Below are positions 17,596 to 27,573 of a stretch of 64,000 bases of DNA, one piece after another. How positions within the stretch are numbered: position 1 is the stretch's first letter; the number at the start of each line of letters is the position of its first letter. Below the pieces are notes generated by a model. It was not told where the DNA came from, did not search any database, and worked only from the letters and a program-made list of their open reading frames with translations. The stretch spans positions 77,750 through 141,749 of the forward strand of contig CAZTCI010000006.1 of the NCBI GenBank assembly GCA_964612665.1. Reading direction: 5' to 3'. The position numbers were made by a program, and so were the translations under genes. Source of the stretch: an uncultured Planctomycetales bacterium. GTDB taxonomy: Bacteria > Omnitrophota > Gorgyraeia > Zapsychrales > JAHFFX01.

Positions 17596-17807
17596 GATCA
17601 GAATACGATTTTTCTAAAATGAAGGGACGCCGTAATCCATATGCGGTGCGTCTTAAAAAACCAGTTACTATTCGTCTGGGGGATGATGTGATTAGCTATT
17701 TTAAATCTATGGCAGATCAAATGGGGGTTCCGTATCAAAATTTAATCAACCTTTATTTGCGGGATTGTGTTAAATCGCATCGTAAGATCGAATGGGTTGC
17801 ACATTGA
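17592..17807 (+). CDS. brnA: BrnA antitoxin
   Basis: MRSEYDFSKMKGRRNPYA...NLINLYLRDC is typical of BrnA (CopG/RHH-like). Confidence 0.8.
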   Translation: MRSEYDFSKMKGRRNPYAVRLKKPVTIRLGDDVISYFKSMADQMGVPYQNLINLYLRDCVKSHRKIEWVAH

Positions 17808-17810
17808 ACA

Positions 17811-17953
17811 AGTTCTAACCTTCTTGAGCCATCGACCCTTGAATTCAAGATCACCCTTGCCCAGGTAAAACTTCTGTATGCAAGCAAAACGGTTGTCCGA
17901 ATACCCTTTGAAGCTCGTCGATAACGCCGCGACTTCAAAGGGTCATCCACGCT
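17811..17953 (+). repeat. Dispersed intergenic repeat family A, copy 1 (~140 bp, contains an 11-bp-stem hairpin)
   Basis: Roughly 80% identical to 23292..23430. Contains ACCCTTTGAAG-n19-CTTCAAAGGGT (17914-17954) and an EcoRI-centred palindrome. Confidence 0.7.
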
Positions 17954-18281
17954 TACTTGATGCCAATACGAACCTGGAATGGTTTGTAAACTTAATGCAA
18001 AAAATTGAAGTTATGGCTTTTTGGTTTTAGATTGAATCACGATATTGAAAGGTTAGTCAATGAGTCAAGAGGAACAAAAGTTCTTTATCCCCGTTGCTTC
18101 TTCTACAGATCCGAATAATTTAGGAAATCTAGTAAGAGAAGCATTACAAAAAAATTATTCGGCAACTATTTCTGCAGGTAGGCAAGGAAAGAAAAGTTGA
18201 TTTAAAGAAAGTTGAGATTAGGCTGGGCCCAAGTTGGTTTTACTGTAAAATTGGGGAAAGTAGATAATAGGAGTTTCGTCT

Positions 18282-18788
18282 ATGCGGCCCTTTGGTCAGA
18301 AAAATAATTTGGTTAAAGAATTTGAAATGTTAGTGAAGCAGAACAACTTTGAAAGTGCAATTAAAATATTAGTAAAAATACAAGAACAAAATCTTTTAAG
18401 CCCAGAAGTTATAAATGAATATAATGAAATGTGTCTTGATGGATACGCGACTAATTTATTTGCTACTTCAGGAACCCTTTTTGAAGAGAAAAAGTACGAA
18501 GCGGCTAAAGAATATTCTAATATTGTAACGGAATTAATTAGTCAGAATTTAGAAGCATTTAAGCTGGATAGAGATTTGTTCTCAAATTTTTCTAATAAGA
18601 TGGTTGGTGAAATGTCACAGTTACCCAATTTGTCGATGACCATTGAAGAATTAAAAAGTTTCAGAATAAAATACCATACAAGAGCGGAAGAGATTTTTAA
18701 AAACAAAGTTCAAGTGAGCATTGTAAATATGTATACAGATTCACTGCTTAGATCTGCTCTTTGTGGATCGATGAAAAATAAAGATTAA
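18282..18788 (+). CDS. Hypothetical protein
   Basis: 168-aa ORF with an upstream GGAG-like RBS (aataggag). Confidence 0.45.
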   Translation: MRPFGQKNNLVKEFEMLVKQNNFESAIKILVKIQEQNLLSPEVINEYNEMCLDGYATNLFATSGTLFEEKKYEAAKEYSNIVTELISQNLEAFKLDRDLFSNFSNKMVGEMSQLPNLSMTIEELKSFRIKYHTRAEEIFKNKVQVSIVNMYTDSLLRSALCGSMKNKD

Positions 18789-18944
18789 AAAAGGCTCGAT
18801 GATTATGGATTATCAATTTATACATAATTTTATGTTGGATTCTTGCAGTTTTGATACTTCGAAGTGCAGACTGTATCATTAGTTTTTACAAACAAAAGGT
18901 TCCTTTTTTTTAAGAAACAATCTTTTCAACGACCAGCGTTTTGA

Positions 18945-20798
18945 ATGGGTTTCTTAAGTTATATGTTGATTCGTGATGATCAAGTAAAACTCTTCGACGG
19001 ATCTTTCCCTCGATTATGGCGGTTTAATCGTCATCCTTCCATTATTTTTTCATTTGTGGTTTTATTCTTAATTTTAAATCCTTTTATTGCCCACGCCCAA
19101 ATCCGTTTTGCTTCCCCACAGCAATACAATCTGCCTCAACCCGGCGGAGCACAATGCATGGTCGCTGCTGATTTCAATGGCGATGGCTATGCTGATATCG
19201 CTGTGTGCGTCGGATCGGGAGGCGCTGCTGGCGTTGGCGTATTTATGAACAAAGGAGACGGGACATTCTTGCCGCCTGTTATTTATGGAACCGGTTCAGG
19301 TGTTACGGTCGGACTTGTTGCGATCGACCTTAATGTCGATGGACATTCTGATCTTGTGGCTATCACAGGAGCTGGTCAACTGAACGTTCTTCTTGCCCGC
19401 AGCAATGGGACATTTGTGCCGTCTGTGCTCTATCCCCTCCCTGGAGGAGGAGACGCATGGTCTCTGGTAGCGGGTGATTTTAACGGCGATGGAAAAAAGG
19501 ACATTGCCGTTTCATATTCAGGCGGCAATGCTATCTTTTTAAACCGTAATGACGGCACACTCGCATTTTCCTCAAAGTTTTCAGCTCCCGCAGACAGCAT
19601 TAGCTTGTGCTGCGGAATTGCGGTTTTGGCAGACGCCGCCGACGTCAATGGCGATGGTGTTGATGACATCCTTACGACGGAGGAAAATAATGGATTTTCC
19701 ATATTGTTTGGCCAGCGCAACGGGACCATGAGTGCGCCGACCGTTTATACACCGGGCTTCTCTTATGCTGTCTATCACCTGGCCGATGTCACCGGCGACG
19801 GAAAGCCGGATGTCGTTCTGAGTGAGCAGTATGCCGCGTTTGCTCTTTTTAAAAATGATGGTACAGGAAAATTTGGGGCCCCTACGGCATTTGAAGTCAA
19901 CAATTATGGTTATGGACTGTCTGTAGCCATTGGCGACTTCAATGGAGATTTCTCTAATGATGTTGTTGCAGGGCCTGCAGACGGTAATCTATATATATTT
20001 ACCAACGATGGAAACGGAAATTTCAGCACTCCCGACCTAGAGCCGGTCAGCTTCGACGTTTGTTGTGGCGGCAACAGAGCAAACGCAATCGCGGATTTCA
20101 ACGGTGATGGATCTCTCGACCTCGCTTATTATGACGGGGCGTCCCAGGTTACTGTGCTTCCCAACACTTCAAAGGTTGTTGTTACTCATAGTTCATTTAA
20201 TCTTTCAACAGATCATGGCGGAAATACCGGCACAGTAACGTTAACTTTATATGGAAACGGGCCGGTTTCCGGAGATACGTTTAAACTATCTTGTGCCCAG
20301 GGTGAAATAAACGGAAGCAATCAAACGAATTCAGAGAAATCATTGACTGCTACTTTTGACCTCACAGGCCAGCCTCCGGGTCAGTGCAGTGTGATTGTTA
20401 CCCAGCCCGACGGCAAGACACAGACGGTGCCTCATCCGTTTACTATCGAACAAGGAGGCGCGGCGGATATTTGGGTGGATGTTGTGGGGTTTGATAAGAT
20501 CAGGGCGGGAAAAGCGCAGTCTTATTTCGTTAATTTTGGGAATCAAGGAAATGTGGATTCTAATAGTGGAACGGGCATATGGTTAAGATTTCCATCATTT
20601 CTAAATTATTTAACTCCAGAAAATGCAAAGCCAAGCCGTTCTCTTCAATCCGATACAGACACCCTTTTATATTATGAATTGAGTAATCCTTTATCAGCAG
20701 GAAGCAGCCAGGTATTTGCTATTCAGTTTATTCTGCCAGATGACCCACAATATGCTCATCGGGTATTTCAAATACAAAGCTGGACGGATGGAAACTAG
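18945..20798 (+). CDS. Secreted FG-GAP/VCBS-repeat (integrin-alpha-like beta-propeller) protein
   Basis: Repeated 'DFNGDGxxDIAV' and 'DVNGDGVDD' Ca-binding FG-GAP motifs, at least seven times, after a signal-like hydrophobic segment. Confidence 0.7.
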   Translation: MGFLSYMLIRDDQVKLFDGSFPRLWRFNRHPSIIFSFVVLFLILNPFIAHAQIRFASPQQYNLPQPGGAQCMVAADFNGDGYADIAVCVGSGGAAGVGVFMNKGDGTFLPPVIYGTGSGVTVGLVAIDLNVDGHSDLVAITGAGQLNVLLARSNGTFVPSVLYPLPGGGDAWSLVAGDFNGDGKKDIAVSYSGGNAIFLNRNDGTLAFSSKFSAPADSISLCCGIAVLADAADVNGDGVDDILTTEENNGFSILFGQRNGTMSAPTVYTPGFSYAVYHLADVTGDGKPDVVLSEQYAAFALFKNDGTGKFGAPTAFEVNNYGYGLSVAIGDFNGDFSNDVVAGPADGNLYIFTNDGNGNFSTPDLEPVSFDVCCGGNRANAIADFNGDGSLDLAYYDGASQVTVLPNTSKVVVTHSSFNLSTDHGGNTGTVTLTLYGNGPVSGDTFKLSCAQGEINGSNQTNSEKSLTATFDLTGQPPGQCSVIVTQPDGKTQTVPHPFTIEQGGAADIWVDVVGFDKIRAGKAQSYFVNFGNQGNVDSNSGTGIWLRFPSFLNYLTPENAKPSRSLQSDTDTLLYYELSNPLSAGSSQVFAIQFILPDDPQYAHRVFQIQSWTDGN

Positions 20799-20847
20799 AT
20801 GGACAAGTTAATTGTTTTTGTTTAAATGATTCTAAAATAAAAAAATC

Positions 20848-23250
20848 ATGAAAAAAGTTAAATATTATTCATTTTTATTTTTTATTTCAATATGTTCGAT
20901 TGCAAAGCCGAGTATGGCTTTTACTTCATGTCCCCCTCCAATTAATACAACGTTAGTCGGTATCAATCAAGGGCCCTGTGTAAATGGACATTATGATATA
21001 ACCCTTGCTGGACTTGCAGGTATTTCTTCTAACCTTCGTCCATCTATATTTGCCATTATTAGAGTTGGCTTGACGGCCGTTTTTGTGGATTTGCACGAAA
21101 CAACATGGGGGTTAACTAGTCTTCCCCCGGCATTTCCTAAACTTATTCCTGATCCCAATAATTATGTTTCAAGCCATCATTTTGATCAGCCTCCTGCCAG
21201 TAATAATTTAGTGGCTTTTAAATCAGGAATGGATTATTTAAACAAAGAACGAACGGATGCTGTTAATTCTTTTAAGAACTGTCAGGTTCCTGCTGGATTA
21301 AATGCATTAGGTAAAGCTTTACACGCCCTTCAGGACGCATATTCTCATTCAAATTATGTTGACGGAATGACAATGGATGATCAAGAAATTTATGATCAAC
21401 AGCTCCGGAATGGAACATTTACACAATTACCGGTTAGTTTAAAACTAACAATTTATGGTTTCGCAATCCCTCCCAATACGGATCCTGAAAATCCTGAAGG
21501 AAATTGCACCAAGGAAAAGACGATTCCTTATTGTCATAAATTTTATGCTAAAGATTATCCAAGTGAGAATGATGAGGCTCTTAATAATTACAAATGGGCA
21601 TTTGATGCTGCTGTTAATGCGACAACGGATTTTGTTATAGGCATTATAAAGGATGTGGGTGTCGATAAATGGCAGGATGTTGTAAATTATGGGAATCCTT
21701 TAAAGTCCAGTGCTTGCAACCCCAATAATTCATGTTCGATAAATCCATCTGGCATTTGCAACAGTAATTCTATTGAAGGCATCACCTCAGGCGACCCTAA
21801 CGACAAAGCCGGTTCCCAAGGCGTCGGGCCGCAGCAATACATTTCCGGTGCCACGCCACTTCGCTACGCAATCGAATTCAGTAATATGTCAACGGCAACG
21901 GCCCCTGCTGCCAAGGTCGTTGTAACCGATCAACTCAATCTTACCGACGACGATTTGAGCACATTTAACCTTGGCCCCATCAGCGTCGCGAATCAATTGG
22001 TCACACCACCGCCCGGCACGGATGATTTTGCAACGATATTGGATTTGCGTCCGGCGAATAATTTGTTGCTGGCGATCGTCACACACTTGGATTTAAAGAC
22101 GGGTTTGCTCACTTGGACTTTTGAATCGCTCGATCCAACGACGAATAAACCGCCAGAAGATCCAACGGTTGGCTTTTTACCGCCGGGCGCGGAAGGAAGT
22201 ATATTTTTTACGGTGATGCCGAAAGCAGATTTGGCAACGAACACCAAGATTGAAAACTTTGCAACGATTGTCTTTGATGCGAATGCTTCGATGAATACGC
22301 CGACGTGGTTCAACACGATTGACAATACACCACCGGTTAGCCACGTTCACAATCTTCCCGCCCAAGAAACTCAATCTGACTTTACCGTTGAATGGGCTGG
22401 CACCGATGAAGGCTCGGGCATTAAAGATTTTAGTGTCTTTGCCGCTGAAGATGATGGAGTATTCAATCTGCTTTTGACCGATACAACTTCCACATCAGTA
22501 TCGTTTCATGGTAACCCGGGACATAAATATAGATTTTACAGCTTAGCCCGGGATTTGACCGGAAACCGAGAAGTGAAGCAACCCGTCGATGAGGCCGTGA
22601 CAACGGTTATGGGAGATACAACTGCGCCGACGACAACAGCGGTGCCTTCGCCGCAGCCAAACAATAACGGATGGAACAAAAGTGATGTCGTGATTACTTT
22701 AACAGCGGCGGATAATTCCGATGGATCGGGGGTTAAACAGATTCAATACGCCTTAAACGGCGCTCAAACACTTACGGATCAAATCATTGCCGGGAATACG
22801 ACGAAGGTGACCGTTTCCAAGGAAGGGACAACCACTTTGACTTATTTTGCAACGGACAACGCAGGGAATGTTGAGCCAACCAAATCACTCACGATCAAGA
22901 TCGATCGCAGCGGCCCAACCATTTCAGGAATGCCGGTCAATTGCACACTCTGGCCACCGAATAAAAAAATGGTTCAAGTGGCGACGGTTTCTGCCAAAGA
23001 TAATCTTGCGGGACTGGTTAAGGGCTCATTCAAGGTGACAGGAGTAAGTAATGAACCTTCTGATCCGAAACATCCTGACATTGTCATTAGTCCCAATGCC
23101 TCAGGAGATTTTGTGATTCAATTGAACGCAGATCGTTCCGGCAACGGCTCAGGACGTATTTATACATTAACGACGACAGCTTCGGATTTGGCCGATAATA
23201 CCTCGACGGTAAATGCAACCTGCAAAGTGCCTCATGATCAGGGGCATTAG
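20848..23250 (+). CDS. Large secreted multidomain protein (DUF11-like 'conserved repeat' domain plus Ig-like/OmpL47-type domains)
   Basis: Signal peptide. 'GVGPQQYISGATPLRYAIEFSNMSTATAPAAKVVVTDQL' is DUF11-like. 'NGWNKSDVVITLTAADNSDGSGVKQIQY...' is a bacterial Ig-like domain. There is also an N-terminal His/Asp-containing 'LHALQDAYSHSNY' block. Confidence 0.65.
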   Translation: MKKVKYYSFLFFISICSIAKPSMAFTSCPPPINTTLVGINQGPCVNGHYDITLAGLAGISSNLRPSIFAIIRVGLTAVFVDLHETTWGLTSLPPAFPKLIPDPNNYVSSHHFDQPPASNNLVAFKSGMDYLNKERTDAVNSFKNCQVPAGLNALGKALHALQDAYSHSNYVDGMTMDDQEIYDQQLRNGTFTQLPVSLKLTIYGFAIPPNTDPENPEGNCTKEKTIPYCHKFYAKDYPSENDEALNNYKWAFDAAVNATTDFVIGIIKDVGVDKWQDVVNYGNPLKSSACNPNNSCSINPSGICNSNSIEGITSGDPNDKAGSQGVGPQQYISGATPLRYAIEFSNMSTATAPAAKVVVTDQLNLTDDDLSTFNLGPISVANQLVTPPPGTDDFATILDLRPANNLLLAIVTHLDLKTGLLTWTFESLDPTTNKPPEDPTVGFLPPGAEGSIFFTVMPKADLATNTKIENFATIVFDANASMNTPTWFNTIDNTPPVSHVHNLPAQETQSDFTVEWAGTDEGSGIKDFSVFAAEDDGVFNLLLTDTTSTSVSFHGNPGHKYRFYSLARDLTGNREVKQPVDEAVTTVMGDTTAPTTTAVPSPQPNNNGWNKSDVVITLTAADNSDGSGVKQIQYALNGAQTLTDQIIAGNTTKVTVSKEGTTTLTYFATDNAGNVEPTKSLTIKIDRSGPTISGMPVNCTLWPPNKKMVQVATVSAKDNLAGLVKGSFKVTGVSNEPSDPKHPDIVISPNASGDFVIQLNADRSGNGSGRIYTLTTTASDLADNTSTVNATCKVPHDQGH

Positions 23251-23291
23251 GATTTTTAGTTATTTTTTCAGGCGGCACAGATTAGCAAACT

Positions 23292-23430
23292 GGTTCTAAT
23301 CTTTTTCATCCAGCGACCCTCGAATTCAAAACCACTCCTGCAAAAAGAGCATTCTTGAACGAAGGACCACGGTTGTTCGAATACCCTTTGAAGCTCGTCG
23401 AAAACGCCGCGACTGCAAAGGGTCATCTAC
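23292..23430 (+). repeat. Dispersed intergenic repeat family A, copy 2
   Basis: Aligns with 17811..17953 over about 140 bp, with the same hairpin-forming core 'ggttgt(c/t)cgaataccctttgaagctcgtcga(t/a)aacgccgcgact(t/g)caaagggtcatc'. Confidence 0.7.
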
Positions 23431-23493
23431 CCAAAGCTTTAGGCTCGACAAATCGTTTGACTAAAAAATAATTTGGTGCGACACTAAATACTG

Positions 23494-23919
23494 ATGAAAA
23501 GGTTACACAAAAAGATAATCAGTGGATTTCTTCCCATCCCTTTTTTCTTCGCAATTACTTTTTGTTGCTGTTTAGGCGAAAAAGTTTTTGCGGATGAACA
23601 TCACTCCAATTTTTCAATGTCACACCATCAAGAATCCCAAGAAGTGGAAGAATCTCATCACGCTGATCATCAAGATCATTCTGAGGGGCAGGATGAATGT
23701 TCTTGTCCGAAACATTTTAGTTTTCTTTCACAACCGCCGGTTGATATAACTCCGGATTTATCGTTTCAACTACTCGCTAAGGGTGCTTTAATTGTCCCTG
23801 CATTTCAAGTTTTTCTTTTATCTTTCACATCCCCATATGCCAACGGCCCGCCTTGGCAAGACTATCGCGATTACGCGAGCATTCCTTTATTCTTCAAAAA
23901 TTCTAACCTACGTATTTAA
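23494..23919 (+). CDS. His-rich putative metal-binding secreted/membrane protein
   Basis: Hydrophobic N-terminus, then 'DEHHSNFSMSHHQESQEVEESHHADHQDHSEGQDECSCPKHF'. It sits at the head of the copper-type gene cluster. Confidence 0.45.
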   Translation: MKRLHKKIISGFLPIPFFFAITFCCCLGEKVFADEHHSNFSMSHHQESQEVEESHHADHQDHSEGQDECSCPKHFSFLSQPPVDITPDLSFQLLAKGALIVPAFQVFLLSFTSPYANGPPWQDYRDYASIPLFFKNSNLRI

Positions 23920-24046
23920 TCGAATCTAAAACTAAACCTAGATTCTTAACGCCAGAAGTGTGTTTTCTTTTGGATTAAGTAAATTCTAGGTTTTCGTGTT
24001 TATTCGTCCGTTTTTTAAACCGTTCAATTTAAAAAGGAGAAATAAA

Positions 24047-24436
24047 ATGAAATCTAAATTAATTGCTTTAAGTCTTGGGTTACTTTTGTCTTTATCGTAT
24101 TCCAATTTTGTTTTAGCTCATGAAGGAGAGAATCATGATGAAGCTACAGAAAATCAAAAAATAATTGCCATCGACAATAGTGATCCAACCAAAGCAGTAG
24201 AAACTGGCAATAAAATCTGTCCTGTGAGTGGCGATAAAATTCCGGCCCCTGGTGAAAAAGGGACGATGGGAGATAATCCTATTAAAGTTGTTTATAAAGG
24301 AAAAATCTACAACCTTTGTTGCCCGATGTGTTTAAAGGATTTCAAAAAGAATCCTGAAAAATACAGCAAAATGGCCGATGATGAAGTTGCTAAAGAAAAA
24401 ATGATGCAAGGAGCTCAAGAAGGTAACCAAAAATAA
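24047..24436 (+). CDS. YHS-domain (TRASH-like) periplasmic metal-binding protein
   Basis: Signal peptide; 'CPVSGDKI...KVVYKGKIYNLCCPMCLKDFKKNPEKY' is the YHS domain signature. RBS AAAGGAGA. Confidence 0.7.
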   Translation: MKSKLIALSLGLLLSLSYSNFVLAHEGENHDEATENQKIIAIDNSDPTKAVETGNKICPVSGDKIPAPGEKGTMGDNPIKVVYKGKIYNLCCPMCLKDFKKNPEKYSKMADDEVAKEKMMQGAQEGNQK

Positions 24437-24446
24437 GGAGGCCTTC

Positions 24447-24884
24447 ATGGATTTCTTAAATCATTTTTATGTTCCTCTGTTGCATCCGAGAGTTATCCAT
24501 TTCCCTATAGCGCTGTTTATCGGCGCTATAGGGATGGAACTCCTTAGTTTGATCTTTAAGAAAGACCGGTTTCATCGGACAGCTATAGATATTTATGTGG
24601 TGGCAACCTTAATAACGCCTTTGGTTGTTCTAACTGGTTTGCAGGAAGCGACGCATTTACATCTAGGCCACCCGGTATTAACCATCCATAAGAATTTTGC
24701 TTTTTTGACGATGTGGACATCGTTAATAAGTCTACCGATTCTTTGGATGGTTCATAAAAAAAATCCAAAAATGTTAAGACTCGTATTTTTGATTTTTCTT
24801 TTATCTATCGTGACTTTAGTAGCCATTACAGGACACAACGGTGGCCGAATGGTTTATGAATACGGTGTGGGAATGGAGCAATAA
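24447..24884 (+). CDS. DUF2231-like integral membrane protein (paralog of 15844..16341)
   Basis: 'HPRVIHFPIALFIGA' motif and 4 TM segments. Confidence 0.5.
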   Translation: MDFLNHFYVPLLHPRVIHFPIALFIGAIGMELLSLIFKKDRFHRTAIDIYVVATLITPLVVLTGLQEATHLHLGHPVLTIHKNFAFLTMWTSLISLPILWMVHKKNPKMLRLVFLIFLLSIVTLVAITGHNGGRMVYEYGVGMEQ

Positions 24885-24898
24885 AGGAAAATTACATT

Positions 24899-26332
24899 AT
24901 GAAAAATCAATTTATCGTTGGGATAAGTTTGATCGGTCTTTTTTTATTTTCTGGCTGTGCTTTGGCATCAACTAGGGCGAGTTTAAAGCAAATAAATAAT
25001 CTAGTGAAGGATCAGACAGGAGTATCTGATAGCACTCGGCAATTAAGCGATGCGGATGCTCAAAAAGAAATTAACTCGATTCTTCAAGAACCGCTCACGG
25101 TTGATAGCGCGGTCAAAATTGCAATTTTAAATAATCCTTCAATTAAAGCGGCGATGGCCCGTCTTGGAATATCGCAAGCGGACATGGTTCAGGCAGGATT
25201 ACTGCATAATCCTAAACTTTCAGGATTTGTCCGTAAGTCGAGCGAAGAGAACAGTAAAACCAACACCGAATTTGAAGTCAAGCAAGACGTCATGGATTTA
25301 TTGTTTTGGCCATTGCGTAAAAGACTCGCCAACACTCAGTTTAAACAAGCTGAGTATGAGCTCGCCAAAACCACGATCGATTTTATTAAGGAAGTTCGTA
25401 TTGGATTTTACGATTGGCAAGCCAGTGAACACATGTTTTCCATGAGACGAGATCATTTTAAGGCCGAAGAATCTGCGTTGGAACTAGCTAAGAGACAAAA
25501 GGAATCTGGAAACATTAATGAGTTAGATTGGGAACAGCAAAATGGAGTTTACTATCAAGCGAAAATTGATTTAGGTCGCAGTGAGCTTGAAGCGAATGTA
25601 TCCAGACAAAAGCTACGAAATCTTTTGGGATTAACCAATAGCGAATTGACCTGGTTGTCTGAGGAAAGTTTGCCAGATTTACCATCGGAGGAATTCTCTT
25701 TGGGTGAATTGGAAAGAAAGGCGATTGGCAATCGGATTGAAATTGCTATGAAACGTCAGGAAATAAAAGCTTTTGAGCAATCCTTGACGCTGGCGCGTGT
25801 AGGCATCATTCCATCGGTGGAAGGTGGGTTTAATTGGGAAAAAGAATCTAGTGGAGAGAAATTAAAAGGCCCGGCCTTTGAGGCCGACGTTCCAATTTTT
25901 AATCATAAACAAGCAGACAGACTTCGTTCGAAAGCTCAAATTGAAGCAAGTAAAAAAGAGTTGGAAGCATTGGAAGCTCAAGTACGAATGGAAGTGCGGT
26001 TAGCTTTTGATCAACTGACTTCCGATAAAACTATTGTGGAAACTTATGCGGAGGCCATTCCAGTTCGTCAGAAAATTCTAAAAGAAACGCTGTATCACTA
26101 CAACTATATGCTCAAAGGAGTTTACGATTTATTACGAGCTAAGCAGGAAGAGATCAATACCCAGCACGATTATATCGTGGCTTTGCGCGATTATTGGATT
26201 GCGCGTTCAGAACTGGAGCACGCTGTAGGAACATCACTTCCTGTTCAACAAACAAAAACAAAAAAATCAATAAAACCAGATAGCGAACCTATGCCTGAAC
26301 ACGAGCATCATTCTCACGGAGGTCATAAATGA
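24899..26332 (+). CDS. Outer-membrane efflux protein (TolC/CzcC family) with a His-rich C-terminus
   Basis: Lipoprotein-like signal (LFLFSGCAL), two OEP repeats, and a C-terminal 'PEHEHHSHGGHK'. Overlaps the downstream MCO start (ATGA). Confidence 0.75.
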   Translation: MKNQFIVGISLIGLFLFSGCALASTRASLKQINNLVKDQTGVSDSTRQLSDADAQKEINSILQEPLTVDSAVKIAILNNPSIKAAMARLGISQADMVQAGLLHNPKLSGFVRKSSEENSKTNTEFEVKQDVMDLLFWPLRKRLANTQFKQAEYELAKTTIDFIKEVRIGFYDWQASEHMFSMRRDHFKAEESALELAKRQKESGNINELDWEQQNGVYYQAKIDLGRSELEANVSRQKLRNLLGLTNSELTWLSEESLPDLPSEEFSLGELERKAIGNRIEIAMKRQEIKAFEQSLTLARVGIIPSVEGGFNWEKESSGEKLKGPAFEADVPIFNHKQADRLRSKAQIEASKKELEALEAQVRMEVRLAFDQLTSDKTIVETYAEAIPVRQKILKETLYHYNYMLKGVYDLLRAKQEEINTQHDYIVALRDYWIARSELEHAVGTSLPVQQTKTKKSIKPDSEPMPEHEHHSHGGHK

Positions 26333-27573
26333 GAAAACGTATTTTTTATTTACTAATCGTTATGTTTTTATTTTCTCTCGTACCGTTAATCCAAGCGGAA
26401 GTTAAATCTTCTGAGAATCAAAAGTTGCCTTACACGCCAGTCATAACACCTAATGGGAGCACATTGCCTTGGACAATGGCAGAAGATGGGGTCAAGGTTT
26501 TTCATTTAACAATCGATCAATGTAAACATGAAATTGCACCGGGTATGACGATCAACGCTTGGTGTTATAACGGTGAAACGCCGGGCCCAACGATTGAAGC
26601 TGTTGAGGGAGATCGCGTAAGAATTTTTGTCACAAACAAGTTGCCTGAACAAAGCGCAGTTCATTGGCATGGCATACGACTTCCCAATGGTATGGACGGT
26701 GTTTCTGGGTTAACACAGAAAGCGATTCAAACAGGAGAAACTTTTAAATATGAATTCACTTTAAAACAACACGGGACATTCATGTACCATTCTCACGGTG
26801 ATGAAATGGTTCAAATGGGTTTAGGGACAATGGGATTTCTGATTATTCATCCCAAGAATGAATTCCATAAAGTCGATCGGGATTTCGCCATTTTCTTAAA
26901 TGAATGGTTTGTTGATCCTGGAACAAAAACACCCAATCCAAATGTTATGACAGATTTTAATATTTTTACTTTCAATAGTCGTGCCTTTCCTGGGACAGCT
27001 CCTCTAGTTGCTAAAACAGGTGACCGCATACGAATTCGCTTTGGTAATGTGGGACAGGAGTCTCATCCCATTCATTTACACGGATTCAATTTTAAAGTCG
27101 TAGCAACCGATGGAGGGGACATCCCAGAATCAGCTCAATGGCCTGAAACAACGGTGCCCGTTGATCCGGGAACAACACGAACAATTGAGTTTGTCGCCGA
27201 TGTCCCTGGTGATTGGGCATTGCATTGTCACCGTCGACATCATCCCATGAATGCGATGGGTCATGAAATTCCGAATATGATTGGAGTTAATCAAGACGAT
27301 GTGAAAGATAAAGTTCGTGATTTAGTACCCGGATACATGGCGATGGGAGAAACTGGTATGGATGAGATGACTCAAATGAATATGAAGGGGCCAGAGAATA
27401 CTTTGCCAATGATGGGTGGAGAAGGTCAATTTGGATCTGTCGGCATGGGAGGCATGTTTACTGTTCTCATGGTTCGGGATAATTTAAAAGATTATGATCA
27501 TCCGGGTGACTATCCGTATCCGAAGGGTACGGTGGCAGAGGTAGTAACTGAAAATAAAGAGGATAAAAAATGA
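26329..27573 (+). CDS. Multicopper oxidase (CopA/PcoA-like copper resistance MCO)
   Basis: Copper-binding motifs 'VHWHGIRLPNG', 'HSHGDEM', 'HPIHLHG', 'HCHRRHHPMNAM', and a Met-rich segment 'MGETGMDEMTQMNMKG...MMGGEGQFGSVGMGGM'. Confidence 0.85.
   Translation: MRKRIFYLLIVMFLFSLVPLIQAEVKSSENQKLPYTPVITPNGSTLPWTMAEDGVKVFHLTIDQCKHEIAPGMTINAWCYNGETPGPTIEAVEGDRVRIFVTNKLPEQSAVHWHGIRLPNGMDGVSGLTQKAIQTGETFKYEFTLKQHGTFMYHSHGDEMVQMGLGTMGFLIIHPKNEFHKVDRDFAIFLNEWFVDPGTKTPNPNVMTDFNIFTFNSRAFPGTAPLVAKTGDRIRIRFGNVGQESHPIHLHGFNFKVVATDGGDIPESAQWPETTVPVDPGTTRTIEFVADVPGDWALHCHRRHHPMNAMGHEIPNMIGVNQDDVKDKVRDLVPGYMAMGETGMDEMTQMNMKGPENTLPMMGGEGQFGSVGMGGMFTVLMVRDNLKDYDHPGDYPYPKGTVAEVVTENKEDKK

Noticed and set aside
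17753-17950. 65-aa minus-strand ORF (and 23087..23278 -) overlapping repeat family A
   Set aside because: The ORFs are created by the repeat sequence itself. Both overlap the 3' ends of convergent, well-supported genes.
19430-20586. Short antisense or alternate-frame ORFs inside the FG-GAP gene (19430..19729 -, 19549..19731 +, 19581..19778 -, 19910..20101 -, 20340..20546 -, 20395..20586 +)
   Set aside because: They are embedded in a well-supported repeat-protein CDS and their translations are low-complexity.
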